From Scyliorhinus canicula (Eukaryota), in contig NW_024055490.1 in the NCBI RefSeq assembly GCF_902713615.1, forward strand, positions 343,262 to 407,261: a stretch of 64,000 bases of DNA, written 5' to 3'. The translations under genes and the position numbers were made by a program. Shown here piece after piece: positions 24,303-37,470 of the stretch. The notes beneath the pieces are model-generated. The model made no database searches. It was not told the origin of the DNA and saw nothing but the letters and a program-made list of their open reading frames with translations. Each line of letters begins with the position of its first letter. Position 1 is the first letter of the stretch.

Positions 24303-27300
24303 TCTTCCGGGGGCGGCCATGGAGGAGTAGGTCGCACATTTGATAGCTCCTGCCTGTAGTGGACGTTTGGACATTTTCTCCCATTATTTTCGGATTTTAT
24401 GGGATAAATCAGTGAAGAGTGAGGCAGTCAGGAGAAACCCCCTCCGGTGTATGGAGAATTGGACCAGAAGTGGCCGTGTGAGACGACAAGGACCCATAAG
24501 GGAGAAGCAAGCAGAGCTGGTAACACGGGACAGCATGGCGGAGAGCAAGGGCCGTGGGAGACGGCACAGTGGTCGACGGAGCAGCTGGTGAAGTTTTTCG
24601 AAGATTGCTCCCGATTGCTCGAAGTTAAAGAAGGACATGCTGGACCCGATTAAGGCTTCGATTGATCAAGTGGTTCAGAATCAGGAAACCCATGGGGAGC
24701 GATCCAGGAGGTCGAAGAAACGTTGTCTGAGCACGATGAGTATATAACCGTGCTGGAAAGCAAGGTGGGGATGATGAACGACTGCCAGAAAAGAATGAAG
24801 GAGAAGCTGGAGGACCTGGAGAATAGGTCCAGGAGGCAGAATCTCAGAATTGTTGGCCTCCCTGAAGGCAGTGAGGGATCGGGTGCGAGGGTCTATGTGA
24901 CGGACACGTTGGAGAAGTTGATAGGGGCTGGGGTGTTCCCTTGGCCCCTGGAACTGGACAAAGCACACAGAGCCCTCGCGAGGAAGCCCAGAGCAAACGA
25001 ACCGTCGAGGGCCATGGTGGTACGTTTTCACTGTTTCATGGTCCAGGAACACGTTTTGTGATGGGCCAAGAAAGAACGGAGCAGCAACTGGCAGAACTGT
25101 GAGTTGCGCATCTGTCAGGACCTGGGAGCAGATTTGGCCAAGAGGCGAGCTGGGTTCAATTGGGCAAAAACGACCCTCTTTAAGAACGGGGTGAAGTTAG
25201 GGATGCTGTACCCAGCCCGTCTGTGGGTCACATATGAGGAACAGGACTTCTACTTTGAAACACAGACGAAGCATGGACCTTTATTAAAGAAATGAAGCTG
25301 GAGGCGAATTAAAAGACACTTAAGCCTTGGAGAAGAACTGTGGCAGCAATTTGTGGTGCTGGATTGTATAAATTTAAGTATCTCCATGTGAAATAATGGG
25401 CTGTGTGGATGGTTAAAGGTTGATCTGTCTTGCAGGGACCCTGTTGGAGTGGGGGTGATGGGCTTTCAATTTAGTTCTGCTTTTTGGGTGACTATTTTTC
25501 TAAAGTGACCGTTTTCTTCACTGATTTCTCTGTTGCTTGTTTACTGGGGAACGTGATGCTTTTAAAATGTTTATTCATATGTGGGGGAGAGAGCAGAGTA
25601 CAATAGGGAAACAGACTGCTTGGTGCCAGGGGCGGGAGCTATCGAGTCAGCATGAGTCAGCTGACTCTTGGAAGCGCAGTGGGGGGGTGAGCAGGTGTTA
25701 AGCAGAAGCTTGACTTGGGGGATTGGGTTTCTAGTGTTGTTGCTGGGGAGGGGGGGGGGGTGGGAGGGAGGCGGGGAGCTGCTTTGCTGACGGGAGGAAC
25801 TGTTACTAGAAGGCAAATGGGAGGTTGGGAACGCCGACAGCCCGAGTGGGGACTTGTGGAAGCGGAGGGCGTGAGCTCGAGGCTGGCCTAAAAAGGGTGA
25901 TGGCTAGTCGGCAGGGTTGGGGGGGGGGGGGGGGGTTGGAAGACCCCCCCCCCCCCATCCAGGCTGATTACATGGAACGTGAGAGGACTGAATGGGCAGG
26001 TGAAGAGGGCTCATGTGTTCACGCATTTGGGGGGGGGGGAACTGAATGTGGACGTGACAATGCTACAAGGAACACACCTGAAGGTTACAGACTAGACGAG
26101 ATTGAGGAAGGAGTGGGTTAGCCAATTGTTCCACTCAGGAGTGGACTCAAAGACCAGGGGGGTAGCGATCTAGATCAGCAAACGAATGGCATTCGAGGCA
26201 GGAAGAATCGTCAGACAAGAGGGGTAGGTACATAATGGTAAATGGGAAGCTGGGGGGGGGGGGGGGGATGCGAGTGGTACTTGTGAACATATATGCTCCG
26301 AATTGGGACGACGTGGAATTTATGAGGGTGGTGTTAGGTAAGATCCCAGAGTTAGTCACATAACCTGATCATGGAAGGGGACTTCAACACAGTCATTGAT
26401 CCGGAATTGGGACAGTCAAAATCCAGGACAGGGAGGAGGTCGGCTGCGGCAAATAAATTGAAGGATTTCATGGAACAGATGGAGAGAGTAGACCCATGGA
26501 GGTTTGCACGGCCGAGGATCAAGGAGTTTTCCTTTTTTTCACATGTCCACAAGGTATACTCTCACATCGATTTTTTCTGTTCTGAGCAGGGCGCTAATAC
26601 CGAAAGATATTGAGTATTCGGCAATTGCAGTGTCGGATCAGGCCCCACACTAGGTGGATCTATGGGTTAGTGTGGAGAGAGGGCAACACCCGCTATTGAG
26701 ACTGGACGTGGGGTTGCTAGCGGACAAAGCGATCTGTGGGCGGCTTAACAAGTCCATCCAGAACTACCTGGAAACAAATGACATGGGGGAGGTCTCTGCA
26801 GCGATGGTCTGGGAAGCTTTGAAGGCAGTAGTCAGAGGGAAATTAATCTCGATACGGGCCCACAGAGAAAAGGCAGGATGGGCTGAGAGGGATAGATTAG
26901 TGGAGGAGATACTCCAGGTATACAGGGGATTCTCGGTGGCCCCGGACGGAGGGAGCGGCGGAGGTTACAGGTGGCGTTTGGGCTGTTGACCACAGGGAAA
27001 GCAGTGGAACAGTTGAGGAAGGCAAGGGAGACGATTTATGAGTACGGGGAAAAGGCAAGCAGAATGTGGCGTACCAGCTCAGGAAAAGAGAGGCGGCTAA
27101 GGAGATAGGTAACGTAAAGAGGAGAGACTATAATACTGTCCTTGACCCAGCGGGGACGAACGAGGTGTTCCAGGACTTTTACAGTCAATTATATGAGTCG
27201 GAGCCCCCGGCTGGGGTGGAGGGGATGTGGCAATTTCTGGATCAGTTGAGGTTCCCGAGGGTGAAGGAGGACCTGATGGAGGGGCTGGGAGCCCCAATTG

Positions 27301-29994
27301 AGATTGAGGAAATAATCAAGGGGCTGGAGGGCATGCAGTCGGGCACGACCCCGGGGCCGGACGGCTACCCGGTGGAATTCTATAAGATATTTTCAGAGAT
27401 ATTGAGTCCACTGCTGGTGAGGACATTTAACAAAGCAAGAGAGAAGGGTGTCCTCCCCCCCCAACAATGTCGCAGGCCATGATTTCCCTGATCCTGAAAT
27501 GGGAGAAGGAGCCGGACCAATGCGGATCATACAGGCTGATTTCTCTACTGAATGTGGATGCCAAACTGCTGACTAAGATACTGGCCACAAGGATAGAGGA
27601 ATGTGTCCCGGGGATGATAGGGGAAGACCAGACGGGATTTGTTAAGGGCAGGCAACGCAAGGCCAATGTTCACAGGCTTCTAAATGTTATTATGATGCCC
27701 TCAGAAGGAGAGGAGGCGGAGGTGGTGGTAGCGATGAATGCGGAGAAGGCTTTTGATCGGGTGGAGTGGAATTACCTGTGGGAGGCGCTGGGAAGGTTTG
27801 GGGTCGGTGAGGGCTTTATTGACTGGGTGCAGCTGCTCTATCAGGCACCAGTAGCGAGAGTGCGTATGAACCGGCTGAGGTCGGGATATTTTGAACGACA
27901 CTGAGGGACGAGGCAAGGCTGCCCCCTCTCCCCGTTACTGTTTGCTCTGGCCACAGAGCCATTGGCCATGGCGTTAAGAGCCTCGAGGAACTGGAAAGGG
28001 CTGGTTCGGGGGAGGGGGGGGGGTGGAGCATAGAGTCTTGCTCTGTACAGATGACCAGCTCTTGTATATTTTGGACCCGTTGGAGGGGATGGGGGGGGGA
28101 AATAATGCAAATTTTGGGGGAATTTAGCAATTTGTCGGAGCATAAAATTGAACATTTGGAAAAGCGAGTTGTTTGTAATCCAGGCAAGAGGATAGGGGAC
28201 TGAGAGACCTGCTGCTTAGAATGGTAGGGAAGTGCTTTTGATATCTGGGAATCCAGGTGGCCTGGAAATGAGAGGTCCAACACAGGTTAAACCTATCCCG
28301 GTTGGTAGAACAAACAGAAGGGGACTTTAAGAGATGGGACATGCTCCCGCTATCATCGGGTGGGTACAGACCATGAAAATGACGGTCCTCCCCAGATTTC
28401 TGTTGTCTTTCAGTGCCTCCCCATCTTCATCCCTAAGGCCTTTTTCAAGCGAGTGAGTAAGATTATTTTGGGCTTTGTGTGGGCAGGTAAAACCCCGTGA
28501 GTGAAGAAAGTGTTGCTGGAACGCAGTCGGGGGGAGGGTGGGTTGGCGCTGCCGAGCCTCTGCAATTACTCCTGGGCAGCTAATTTACCCACAATTTGGA
28601 AATGGGTAGTGGGGGAGGGGTCGGCATGGGAGAGGATGGAGGCGGCGTCATGTAAAGACATCAGTTTGGGAGCATTGGTAAGGGCATCTCTGCCGTTTTT
28701 GCCGGCCCGATACTCCACAAGTCCTGTGGTAGTGGCAGTTCTGAGGATCTGGTGACAATGGAGGAGATATAAGAGTGGAGGGAGCATCGATTTGGACCCC
28801 GATTTGTAATAACCACAGGTTTGTACCGGTTCGGCTCGATGGCGGGTTCCGGAGTTGGCAGAGGTTTGTACTGGTTCGGCTCGATGGCGGGTTCCGGAGT
28901 TGGCAGAGGTTTGTACTGGTTCGGCTCGATGGCGGGTTCCGGAGTTGGCAGAGGGCAGCAATTGGAAGGATGGGAGATCTATTTATAGACGGGAGCTTTC
29001 CCAGCTTGAAAGCTTTGGAGGATAAATTTAAATTGCCAGCAGGGAACGGTTTTAGGTATTTGCAGGTGCGGGACTTCCTGAGAAAACAGGTGCTGGCCTT
29101 TCCGCTGCGGCCACCACAGGGGATACAGGATAGAGTAGTTTCCAGTACCTGGGTGGGAGAGGGAAAGGTATCGGATATTTACCAGGAGCTTTCAGAGGCG
29201 GAGGAAACTCCGGTGGAGGAACGCAAGGGCAAGTGGGAGGACGAGGTAGGAGAAGAGATAGAGGCGGGGATATGGGCGGCTGCCCCAAGCAGGGTTAATA
29301 CCTCCTCATCGTGCGCCAGGCTTCGCCTGATACAATTTAAGGTAGTCCACCGGGAACACATGACAGCAGCTAAGATGAGTATGTTTTTCGAGGTAGAGGA
29401 TAGGTGTGTGAGGTGCGCAGGAAGCCCAGCCAATCATGTCCACATGTTTTGGGCATGCCCGAAGCTTAGAGGGTTTTGGCAGGATTTTGCTGAGGCAATG
29501 TCCACGGTACTAAAAAGACAGGTGGTGCCCAGTCCGGAGGTAGCAATCTTTGGAGTGTCGGAAGATCCGGGAGTTCAGGGGGCATAAGAGGCCGACGTCT
29601 CGGCCTTTGCCTCCCTGGTAGCCCGGTGACGGATCTTGTTAATGTGGAGGGACTCGAAGCCCCCACATGTAGAGACCTGGGTTAGTGACATGGCTGGGTT
29701 TCTCAGTCTCGAGAAAATAAAGTTTACCTTAACAGGGTCAATGTTGGGGTTCTCCCGGCAGTGGCAGCCGTTCATTGACTTTCTCGGGGAAAATTTAAAT
29801 GTCAGCAGATGCAGTATTCCAAGGGGGGGGCGGGGACGGGACGGACGGACGGAGGATTGTTGTTGTATGGTTGAGGTGCGTGAAGATTGGGCTGGGGGGG
29901 GGGGGATTGTTTATTTTGCCATGTTAATGTCATTGTTTATATTACTGTTTTAAACATTTTCAAATACCTTAATAACATATTTGTAAAAACCAAA
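24303..29994 (+). mobile_element. near full-length L1-clade LINE (ORF1 plus APE-RT ORF2), inactivated
   Basis: ORF1 LEDLENRSRRQNLRIVGLPEG; APE LITWNVRGLNG; RT YRLISLLNVDAKLL and [13 protein letters not shown]; C-terminal CVRC...HMFWAC; A-rich tail; 15-bp TSD AAACAAATG(C/T)ATTAC at 24288-24302 and 29995-30009. Confidence 0.93.
28817..28953 (+). repeat. 3 x 45-bp in-frame tandem repeat inside L1 ORF2
   Basis: Units start at 28817, 28862 and 28907; encode RFV(P/L)VRLDGGFRSWQ. Confidence 0.95.
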
Positions 29995-32009
29995 AAACAA
30001 ATGTATTACCTGTCAAGCAGAATAAGATGTTTCAAAGACTGGGAGCTCGCATTAGCTACAGTCGGCAAGGGACAGTCACATTTCAATAACGGTCATATAG
30101 AAACTAAGGCTGAGCAAAGGGCTATACAAACCCTAATAATTCAGCAACCAGTAGAGTCAGCTCTCATAGCTGCCCTCGGTACATGGGACGGATAGAACAC
30201 AGAAACCAAGCAGAACAGCGAATCCATCAGGAGAAAACCAAAAGTTAAAGAAGAAAGATTGTCAAGGCAGACCTGAAGGTCTAACAACTGACCAGGAGGA
30301 TCCAAAGAAAATATCTTTTTTACCTTTATGTAAAAACAGTGATTTTATCTTTTAAAAGAAAAAATAATAAAATAACTCAAAAGTTGTAACTTGAAACAGT
30401 GAATATTACAAAGTCTACTTTACTTACTTAGCAACGCGGGACCCAGGATCGAAGCTACTAAGTGGCAAGTAGATCAGGTTTTTTTGCCCAATCATTTAAC
30501 CTATTTGTAGTCCTTTGCAGAATCCTTAATTCCACTTCAGAAATTACTGTCCTACCCGTCTTGAGGCATCAGAAAACTTAGCCGCCAGACATTCAATCCC
30601 ATCATCCAACACATACAGATTGTAAATGGTTCCGAGCCTAGCACTGATCTGGGTGACATTCCACTTGTCACATCTTACCCACCCCGAAATGACCCATTTA
30701 TTCCGACTGGCTGCTTCCTGTTCGCTAACCAGTCCTCTATCCATGCTGATATGTTGTTTCCACACCATGAGCTCATATTTTGTGTATTAACCTTTGATGT
30801 GGCAACTTGGGAAATCCTTTCTGGAAATCCAGATAACGCACATCTACAGGTTCCCCTTTATTGACATCCCTTGTTACCTCCTCAGAGAACCTTGATAAAT
30901 TAGCCAATCACGATTGACTCCCTGAACCCCATTTTCAAACACTGTGTTAAAAGAAAAATCAAATCTCCTCTACCCCTCTGGCTCCTTTGCCAATTACCTG
31001 AGAGCGACTCACTTTCTGTTAAAGAGCCTGTCAACCTCTCACCCACTTTCCTGAAAGTGAACAAATTAATCAGGAAAAGTCCAACAAAGTCAAATATTTT
31101 CCTGTCACAAGTTTATTGATGAAATAGAACATGGTTTAAAAAAACTAACAGATAATTACTTGAGGATCAAAGACAACCAGAGTAACAGGATGTTCACAAT
31201 GTTCTGGGTCCCAAATGGTTTCCCCTCGGCTCCTCTGTACCCTGTTCCCGTGACTGCCCACCTTGGACACGGGGGGGCGCTGAACCCTGGGGGTCACATC
31301 ACCATCAGCCCTGGTCGCCCCCCCTCGCCCCGAACCCTGATTGGTTGGATGTCCAGTTCCCAGTCAGTCCTCCAGCACCTTCCTGTCTCTATTAGCGACG
31401 CCCATGGCAGTTTCCCAACTGGGGACAGGCCGTTATTCTCAGCTAAATTCAGCCCTCAGCTCCATCACCTGGCTGTCAGTGACATGAGCAATAGAGACAG
31501 AAAGGTGCCCGAGGCTCAAATAGGATGTCAAAACTTGTGGATTTGGACCCCCATAAAGGTCAGCAATGTCTTCAAAAAAATCAAATTCCCAGTCAACAAA
31601 TTAAAGGATCACACAGCGGGACTTCAAATCTTATGATTTTAATGCAACAAACAAACGAGAAGCTACTTTAACTCGGAAACCTACATATTAAACTATAAAC
31701 TAGAACTTTGCCCTTTTGCACAATCTAAAGTCACACTCCACGATTAGAGTTACTCTGCCCTATAAGTCGAAACGTAATTGTCTCAGAACCTGTCCAAAGT
31801 GATGATTCATTCCCGAGGATTTATGTCCGTTCTTCGACCAAGACACCGAGGAAAAAAAGGGAGAATAGAATAGAATGTGAACGAGCAAAATACATAAAAA
31901 TGGACTGCAAAAGTTTCTATGGCTACGTAAAAAGGAAACGTTTGGCTCAGACAAAAGTTTTGTCTGTTACAGATGGAGTCAGGAGAATTTAGAATGAGGA
32001 ATAGAGATC

Positions 32010-32470
32010 TCTACAGCCACCTCGTTCAACACTCTGGGATGCAGATCATCAGCTTTTGGGGATTTATTCACTTCCAGCCCCATTAATTTCTCCAGTACTA
32101 CTTTTTCACCAATACTAATCTCTGCCAGTTCCTTGGTTCTGTGGTGTTTTGGGGACAATTTCTGTATCTTCCTCTGTGAAGACAGACACACATTGTTTAG
32201 TTTCTCTGCCATTTCCTTACTCCCCATTATAAACTCTCCTGTCTCTGCCTGGAATGGACCCACATTGGTCTTTGCTAATCTTTTCCATTTCACATTCCTG
32301 TCAAAGCTTTTCCAGTCGGTTTTTATGTTTCTCCCCAGTTTGCTCTCATCAGTTTCTTGGTCCTCCTTTGCTGAATTTTAATGGATGTCACGGAATCTTT
32401 TAACTTTTCTTGTTAGCCATGGTTACATTATTTTTCCTGTTAGATTCTTGTTCCTTAAAGGAATCTATAT
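32010..32470 (-). mobile_element. CR1 ORF2 fragment, with an inverted homologous piece at ~31870-31990
   Basis: KTNVGPFQAETGEFIMGSKEMAEKLN...GLEVNKSPKADDLHPRVLNEVA. Confidence 0.7.
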
Positions 32471-32519
32471 TTGTTGTATATGTGTGAAATAAAAGTTGCA
32501 AAAATCCCAGAGGACAATA

Positions 32520-32720
32520 GGCTGCTCTCCCCTTTGACAGAGAGAGAGCTGACTGGGGGTAATTTAACCCGAGGGTCAGCACACCTCAGGCGAGGGGCCT
32601 GGTTGAGAGGGGGGGGGCCTTCGTGAATAAACTCAGCCAGTACGGGAGTTGAATCCTCACTGTTGGCCTCGCTCTGCATCACAAACCAGTCTTCCAGCCA
32701 ACTGAGCTAACCGACCCCCT
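32520..32720 (-). mobile_element. tRNA-derived SINE family C
   Basis: GGGGTCGGTTAGCTCAGTTGG head; shares body with 20580-20757 and ~37300-37370. Confidence 0.65.
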
Positions 32721-33179
32721 GATAAATATGTAATAATTCCTTAAATATTAGGTATTCCATGCACCAATTAGTTCCCCCTCATACACTGATAGTTTTCTTC
32801 TGTGAGGACATCCAGATAAATTAAACAAAGGAACCATGTAACCACCAGGGTCCATCTCCATGGCAACGTGGCTGTGCCGGGGGGGGGGGGGGGGGGGGGG
32901 GGGTTCCAAACAGAAATGGAAACAAAATATTTCCACAATTCCAAACACCCTTTCACTCTGAGATCCTTGTGCAATTTGAAGCCAGCTTTTAGCAACAAGG
33001 CTCAAAGAGCATCAGCCCACTGGAGGCAAAGTGGTGAGACCGGCCAGTCCAGCTGAAAGAAACCCTCCGACCATCCCCATTGACCACCTGTCAGAATGAA
33101 CAAAATGCAGTCCTGGCTGTAGAGCAGAAACAATAACAGCAGAATCCAACCCCTGTAATCAATTGTGAAATTGTTGGTG

Positions 33180-33830
33180 TCACAGCAGGTGTGGTGCAAC
33201 ATGCAATCCCGTCTCACATTGAGAGGTGAATGGTCTCTCCCCAGTGTGAACTCGCTGATGTCTCCGCAGGGTGGATAACTGAGTAAATCCTTTCCCACAC
33301 TGAGAGCAGGTGAATGGCCTCTCCCCAGTGTGAACTCGCTGATGTGTCTGCAGGTTGAATAAATTACTGAATCCCTTCCCACATTGAGAGCAGGTGAACG
33401 GTCTCTCCCCAGTGTGAACTCGCTGATGTGTCTGCAGGTTGAATAAATTACTGAATCCCTTCCCACACTGAGAGCAGGTGAACGGTCTCTCCCCAGTGTG
33501 AACTCGCTGGTGTGACTGCAGGTTGGATAACTGAGTGAATCCCTTCCCACACTGAGAGCAGGTGAACACCCTCTCCCCAGTGTGAACTCGCTGATGCTTC
33601 CACAGGCCTGATGAATCACTGAATCCCTTCCCACATTGAGAGCAGGTGAATGGCCTCTCCCCAGTGTGAACTCGCTGGTGTGTCTGCAGGCTGGATAACT
33701 GAGTGAATCCCTTCCCACACCGAGAGCAGGTGAACGGCCTCTCGCCAGTGTGACTGCGTATATGAATCTCCACCTGAGATGGGGCTTGGAATCCCTTCCC
33801 ACAGTCCTCACATTTCCACGGTTTCTTCAT
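33180..33830 (-). CDS. C2H2 zinc-finger protein, 216 aa, 7 intact fingers plus a degenerate tail
   Basis: Open ORF with [15 protein letters not shown] repeats; stop-broken upstream fingers to 34190; acceptor TTTTTACAG at 34191-34199. Confidence 0.85.
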   Translation of the reverse strand: MKKPWKCEDCGKGFQAPSQVEIHIRSHTGERPFTCSRCGKGFTQLSSLQTHQRVHTGERPFTCSQCGKGFSDSSGLWKHQRVHTGERVFTCSQCGKGFTQLSNLQSHQRVHTGERPFTCSQCGKGFSNLFNLQTHQRVHTGERPFTCSQCGKGFSNLFNLQTHQRVHTGERPFTCSQCGKGFTQLSTLRRHQRVHTGERPFTSQCETGLHVAPHLL

Positions 33831-34949
33831 GTTTTGGGTCTCCTCGTGTCTCTCTAGGCTGGATGATCAGTTGAAGCCTCATCCACACACACAACACGAG
33901 TACGGTCTTTCCACGCTGTGAATGGTGTGATGTTTTTTTAGGCTGTGTAACTGGTTAAAGTTCTTTCCACAGTCAGTTCATTGGAACACTCTCACTCGGA
34001 TATGTGTTGTGTGGGTCTCGGTGCTTTTCCAGTCACACTGATGTTTGAAATCTTCAGCTGACAGTTCCGGTAAACATTTCATTTCTTGATTCAAAGGCCG
34101 ATGATATTCAGGTTCTAAGGAATCGAGTGACTATCAGGTCGAGACGTGTCTTTTGAGATTTCTGTCTGTAATTCCTCCTTGTCTAATAACCTGTAAAAAC
34201 AATTTACAAAATTCAACACTGTCAGTACAGGGTAGAAACAGACAATTCTAGTTTCTATGTCACATTTTTTTCTCTCTCTTATTCCCCGAAAGCTGCAAAT
34301 TTCCATCCCACACACACTCCCTCCATTCTCACTCTGCTGTATCTAATATTCACCCTCCCAATTCTCCTGAAGGTGCTGATTAATGTTGATTGACAGATCC
34401 AAACTCACAGCTTCCTGTCCAGGAGATCAGAACAAATATGAGCTGCAGTCAGCCATTCGGCCCATCAAACCTGAACCATTCAATGAGATCATTGGCCGAT
34501 CTTCCTCATCACCATTTTCCCACGCTAGCTTCATGTCCCTTGACCTCTTGAATATCTAGAAACCTATCAGTCTGTGGCTTGAAAATACTCGATGACTGAA
34601 GCTCTAGAATCCTTGGAGGTAGAGAATTCCAAAACCTTCACCACATCCTCGAATAAAGAAATCCCATCTCATCTCAGCTTTCTCTCCATTTACCTGCCAG
34701 TTCCCCATAACCCTCCACAACCTCAATCAGAAATCTGTCTGTGGCTGCGGGGTGGGGGGTGGGGGGGGGGGGGGGGGGGGGGGGGGTGTCAGGCATGTGA
34801 TATGGGTGGGGGAGTAGCTGCCTTACCACAGGTTCTGGTGCCACTAAACTATAATCTGACAGTCATCCTGATTGCCTGGCACTCATCTACCTAATCCTTG
34901 CATTAATATTTGTTATCGTGTCCCTGGAAGACTCGGGGTTTGGTCTGGT

Positions 34950-36110
34950 AGGATTATGCTGGAAAAAGTGAAGAAATCATCGATAAACAGCGCAGGTGGA
35001 TTCAGCGGGGATGGAGCCGCCTTTTCAACATGGCTGCCTGACCCTCAGCAGGTCTCTCGACCCCCCGCTCTCCGGGGCTCTCTGGGAGGTGGCGAAAATG
35101 ATGTCTGCCGACATTATCCGTGGTTTTGACCAGAGGCTGAGTGTGCTGACTCAATATCTGTGAACTCATGCGGCCCAGTTGCAAAACACCATGAAGAGGC
35201 TCGATGATCCGGTGGAGAGAATCCTGAACATTCAGCAAGGTGCCTCCGTATTCAATCCTTTGAAAACCAGCCAAGGAGGTGCTGGAGGACTTGGAAGACC
35301 GAGGGTCGGAGAAAGAACATCCGAGCCGTTGGCCTGTCGGATGGTCATCATAGAATTTACAGTGCAGGAGATCACTCGGCCCATTGAGTCTACGCCTTGG
35401 AAACAGCACACCACCCAAGCCCATAACCCATCCCCGTATCACAGTGACCCCACCTAACCTTTTATTTGGGCACTAAGGGAAACTTATCATGGCCAATCTA
35501 CCTAACCTGCACATCTTTGATCTCTGGGAGGAAACCGGAATAAACCTATGCAGACAAGGGGAGAACGTGCAGATTCCAGAGAGACAGTGACCCAAGCCAG
35601 GAATCAAACCTGGGACCCTGGAGCATTGAAGCAACTGTGCTAACCACTGTGCTACCGTGCTGCCCATAAATGATGTTATTTTCTGTCCATTTAGTGTGGA
35701 GGGTAAGACTCCCGTTAGGTTCTTCAAGGACCGACTGCCACATTTTCTCAAGCTGGATGTAAAGCCTGGGCGTTTCAAATTAGAAACGTGCATCGGTCTT
35801 TGAGTCCGAGGGATAGTTTTCATCCCAGGCCTGTAATAATTCGCTTCCACAACTTGAAAGTATGTCCTGGAGAGGGAACGGCGAGGTAGCACCTAGCTCC
35901 AGGAAGAAGTGAGGATTTACTTCTTCAAGGACTTTTCGGCAGCAACACAAACAAAACATCGAGGCTTCGATGAAGTTCAAAGGCAGCTCAAGGCTGTGGG
36001 GAGTGAATTACGTCAGGCTTTATCCTGAGACCCGAAAAATGGTATCCAACAACTCCGTCAAGTCTTTCAATAATCCAACTATTGCCTTGACCGTCATTAA
36101 ATCCATGAAG
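34950..36110 (+). mobile_element. L1 ORF1 relic of a second family, split by a V-SINE at ~35350-35665
   Basis: LEDLEDRG/RRKNIRAVGLS, then VHRSL...RPVIIRFHN...IYFFKDFS...YVRLYP; start boundary approximate. Confidence 0.75.
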
Positions 36111-36699
36111 GGCCAGGATCTGGAGGGATGGTTTACAGCTCTGACTAACTCAGGTTCTAATCCAGACTCTTTCCCTGTCATGGTGTTGTCTGAATTTCAG
36201 AATCACAGAAATACACATAGGGACAGGAATAAGCCATTCAGCCCCTCGAGTCTGTCCTGCCATTTAGTGGGATCAGACTGATCTGTGACCTAACCCCATA
36301 TCCATTAATACCTTTGCTCAACAAAACTCAGATTTAAACTTAACAACTGTTCCAGCTTCACCTGCTGTTTGTGGGAGAGAGTTCCAACCCTCTCCCACCC
36401 TGTGTGTGAAGAAGGTCTTCCTAACATCTCTCCTGAACGGTCCAGCCCTGGTTTTTAGACAATGATCCCTAGTTTTAGCATCTCCAACCAGTGGAAATTG
36501 GTGATCTTTATCGACCCTGTCTTTCCCTGTTAATATCTTAAATACTTCAATTAGATCACACCTTAAATGTCCAAATTCTAGCAAATACAGGCCTAATTTG
36601 TGGTTAAAACTTTGGGTCAGAGCCACTGCAATCTCTCCCTCACGTCCCACAGCATCCTGGGACACAATTCGTCCAGAGCTAGTAATCTAATAATCTTAT

Positions 36700-37007
36700 G
36701 GGTGGCATGGTAGCACAGCGGTTAGCACTGTTGCTTCACAGCACCAGGGACCTGGGTTCGATTTTGCGCTTGGTTCACTGTCTGTGGGGAGTCTGTATGT
36801 TCTCTCTGTGTCTGCGTGGGGTTTTTCCGGGTGCTCCGGTTTCCACCCACAAGTCCCGAAAGATGAGCTTGTTAGGTGAATTGGACATTCTGAATTCTCA
36901 CTGTGTACCCGAACAGGCGCCGGAGTGTGACGACTGGAGGATTTTCATCGTAACTTCATTGCAGTGTTAATGTAAGCCTACTTGTGATACTAATAAAGAT
37001 TATTATG
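36700..37007 (+). mobile_element. V-SINE with family-B-type tail
   Basis: Same structure as 11527-11828. Confidence 0.85.
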
Positions 37008-37379
37008 AATGGGCCAAAGGGCCTCTATCCGTGCTGTAAAGAGGGGGAATGAATGAGAAGGACTTTACAGAGAAACTGCCAAAGCCACAAAATTCACCAG
37101 CTCTAAGGACTCACCTTAGCTCCCTTTCCAATCTGAAAGCAGCCTGAGCTGGATTTACATTCCCCTGAATTCATCATTGCTGGGTGATAATCCTGTACTT
37201 CCTTACCTCACACCACTGTGACAGCACCTTCACTACACAGACTGCAGCAACTGACCAAACATCACCTTCCCAGTTATTCCTGAAAGCACCGCCTTCCCAA
37301 CCTGGCGCCTTGCCTGAGGTGTGGTGATCCTCAGGTCACCTCACTGCCGGTCATCTCTCTCTCTCCCAGGACCAGGCCC

Positions 37380-37470
37380 TGGTTCACAGCCGCCATCTTG
37401 GGGAAGCAGAGCGCATGCGCTGGCGTCTTGGGCTGCAAGAGCTGGTGGGCGGAACCTGAAGGTTTCTGTT
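37380..37470. promoter_or_regulatory. candidate ZNF promoter (YY1 + NRF1)
   Basis: CCGCCATCTT and palindromic AGCGCATGCGCT within ~40 bp; lies between the minus-strand ZNF (33-34 kb) and the plus-strand relic (39.5 kb). Confidence 0.5.

Noticed and set aside
33002-33811. 269-aa plus-strand ORF, and alternative-frame ORFs at 16275-16654
   Set aside because: Antisense or off-frame shadows of zinc-finger repeats
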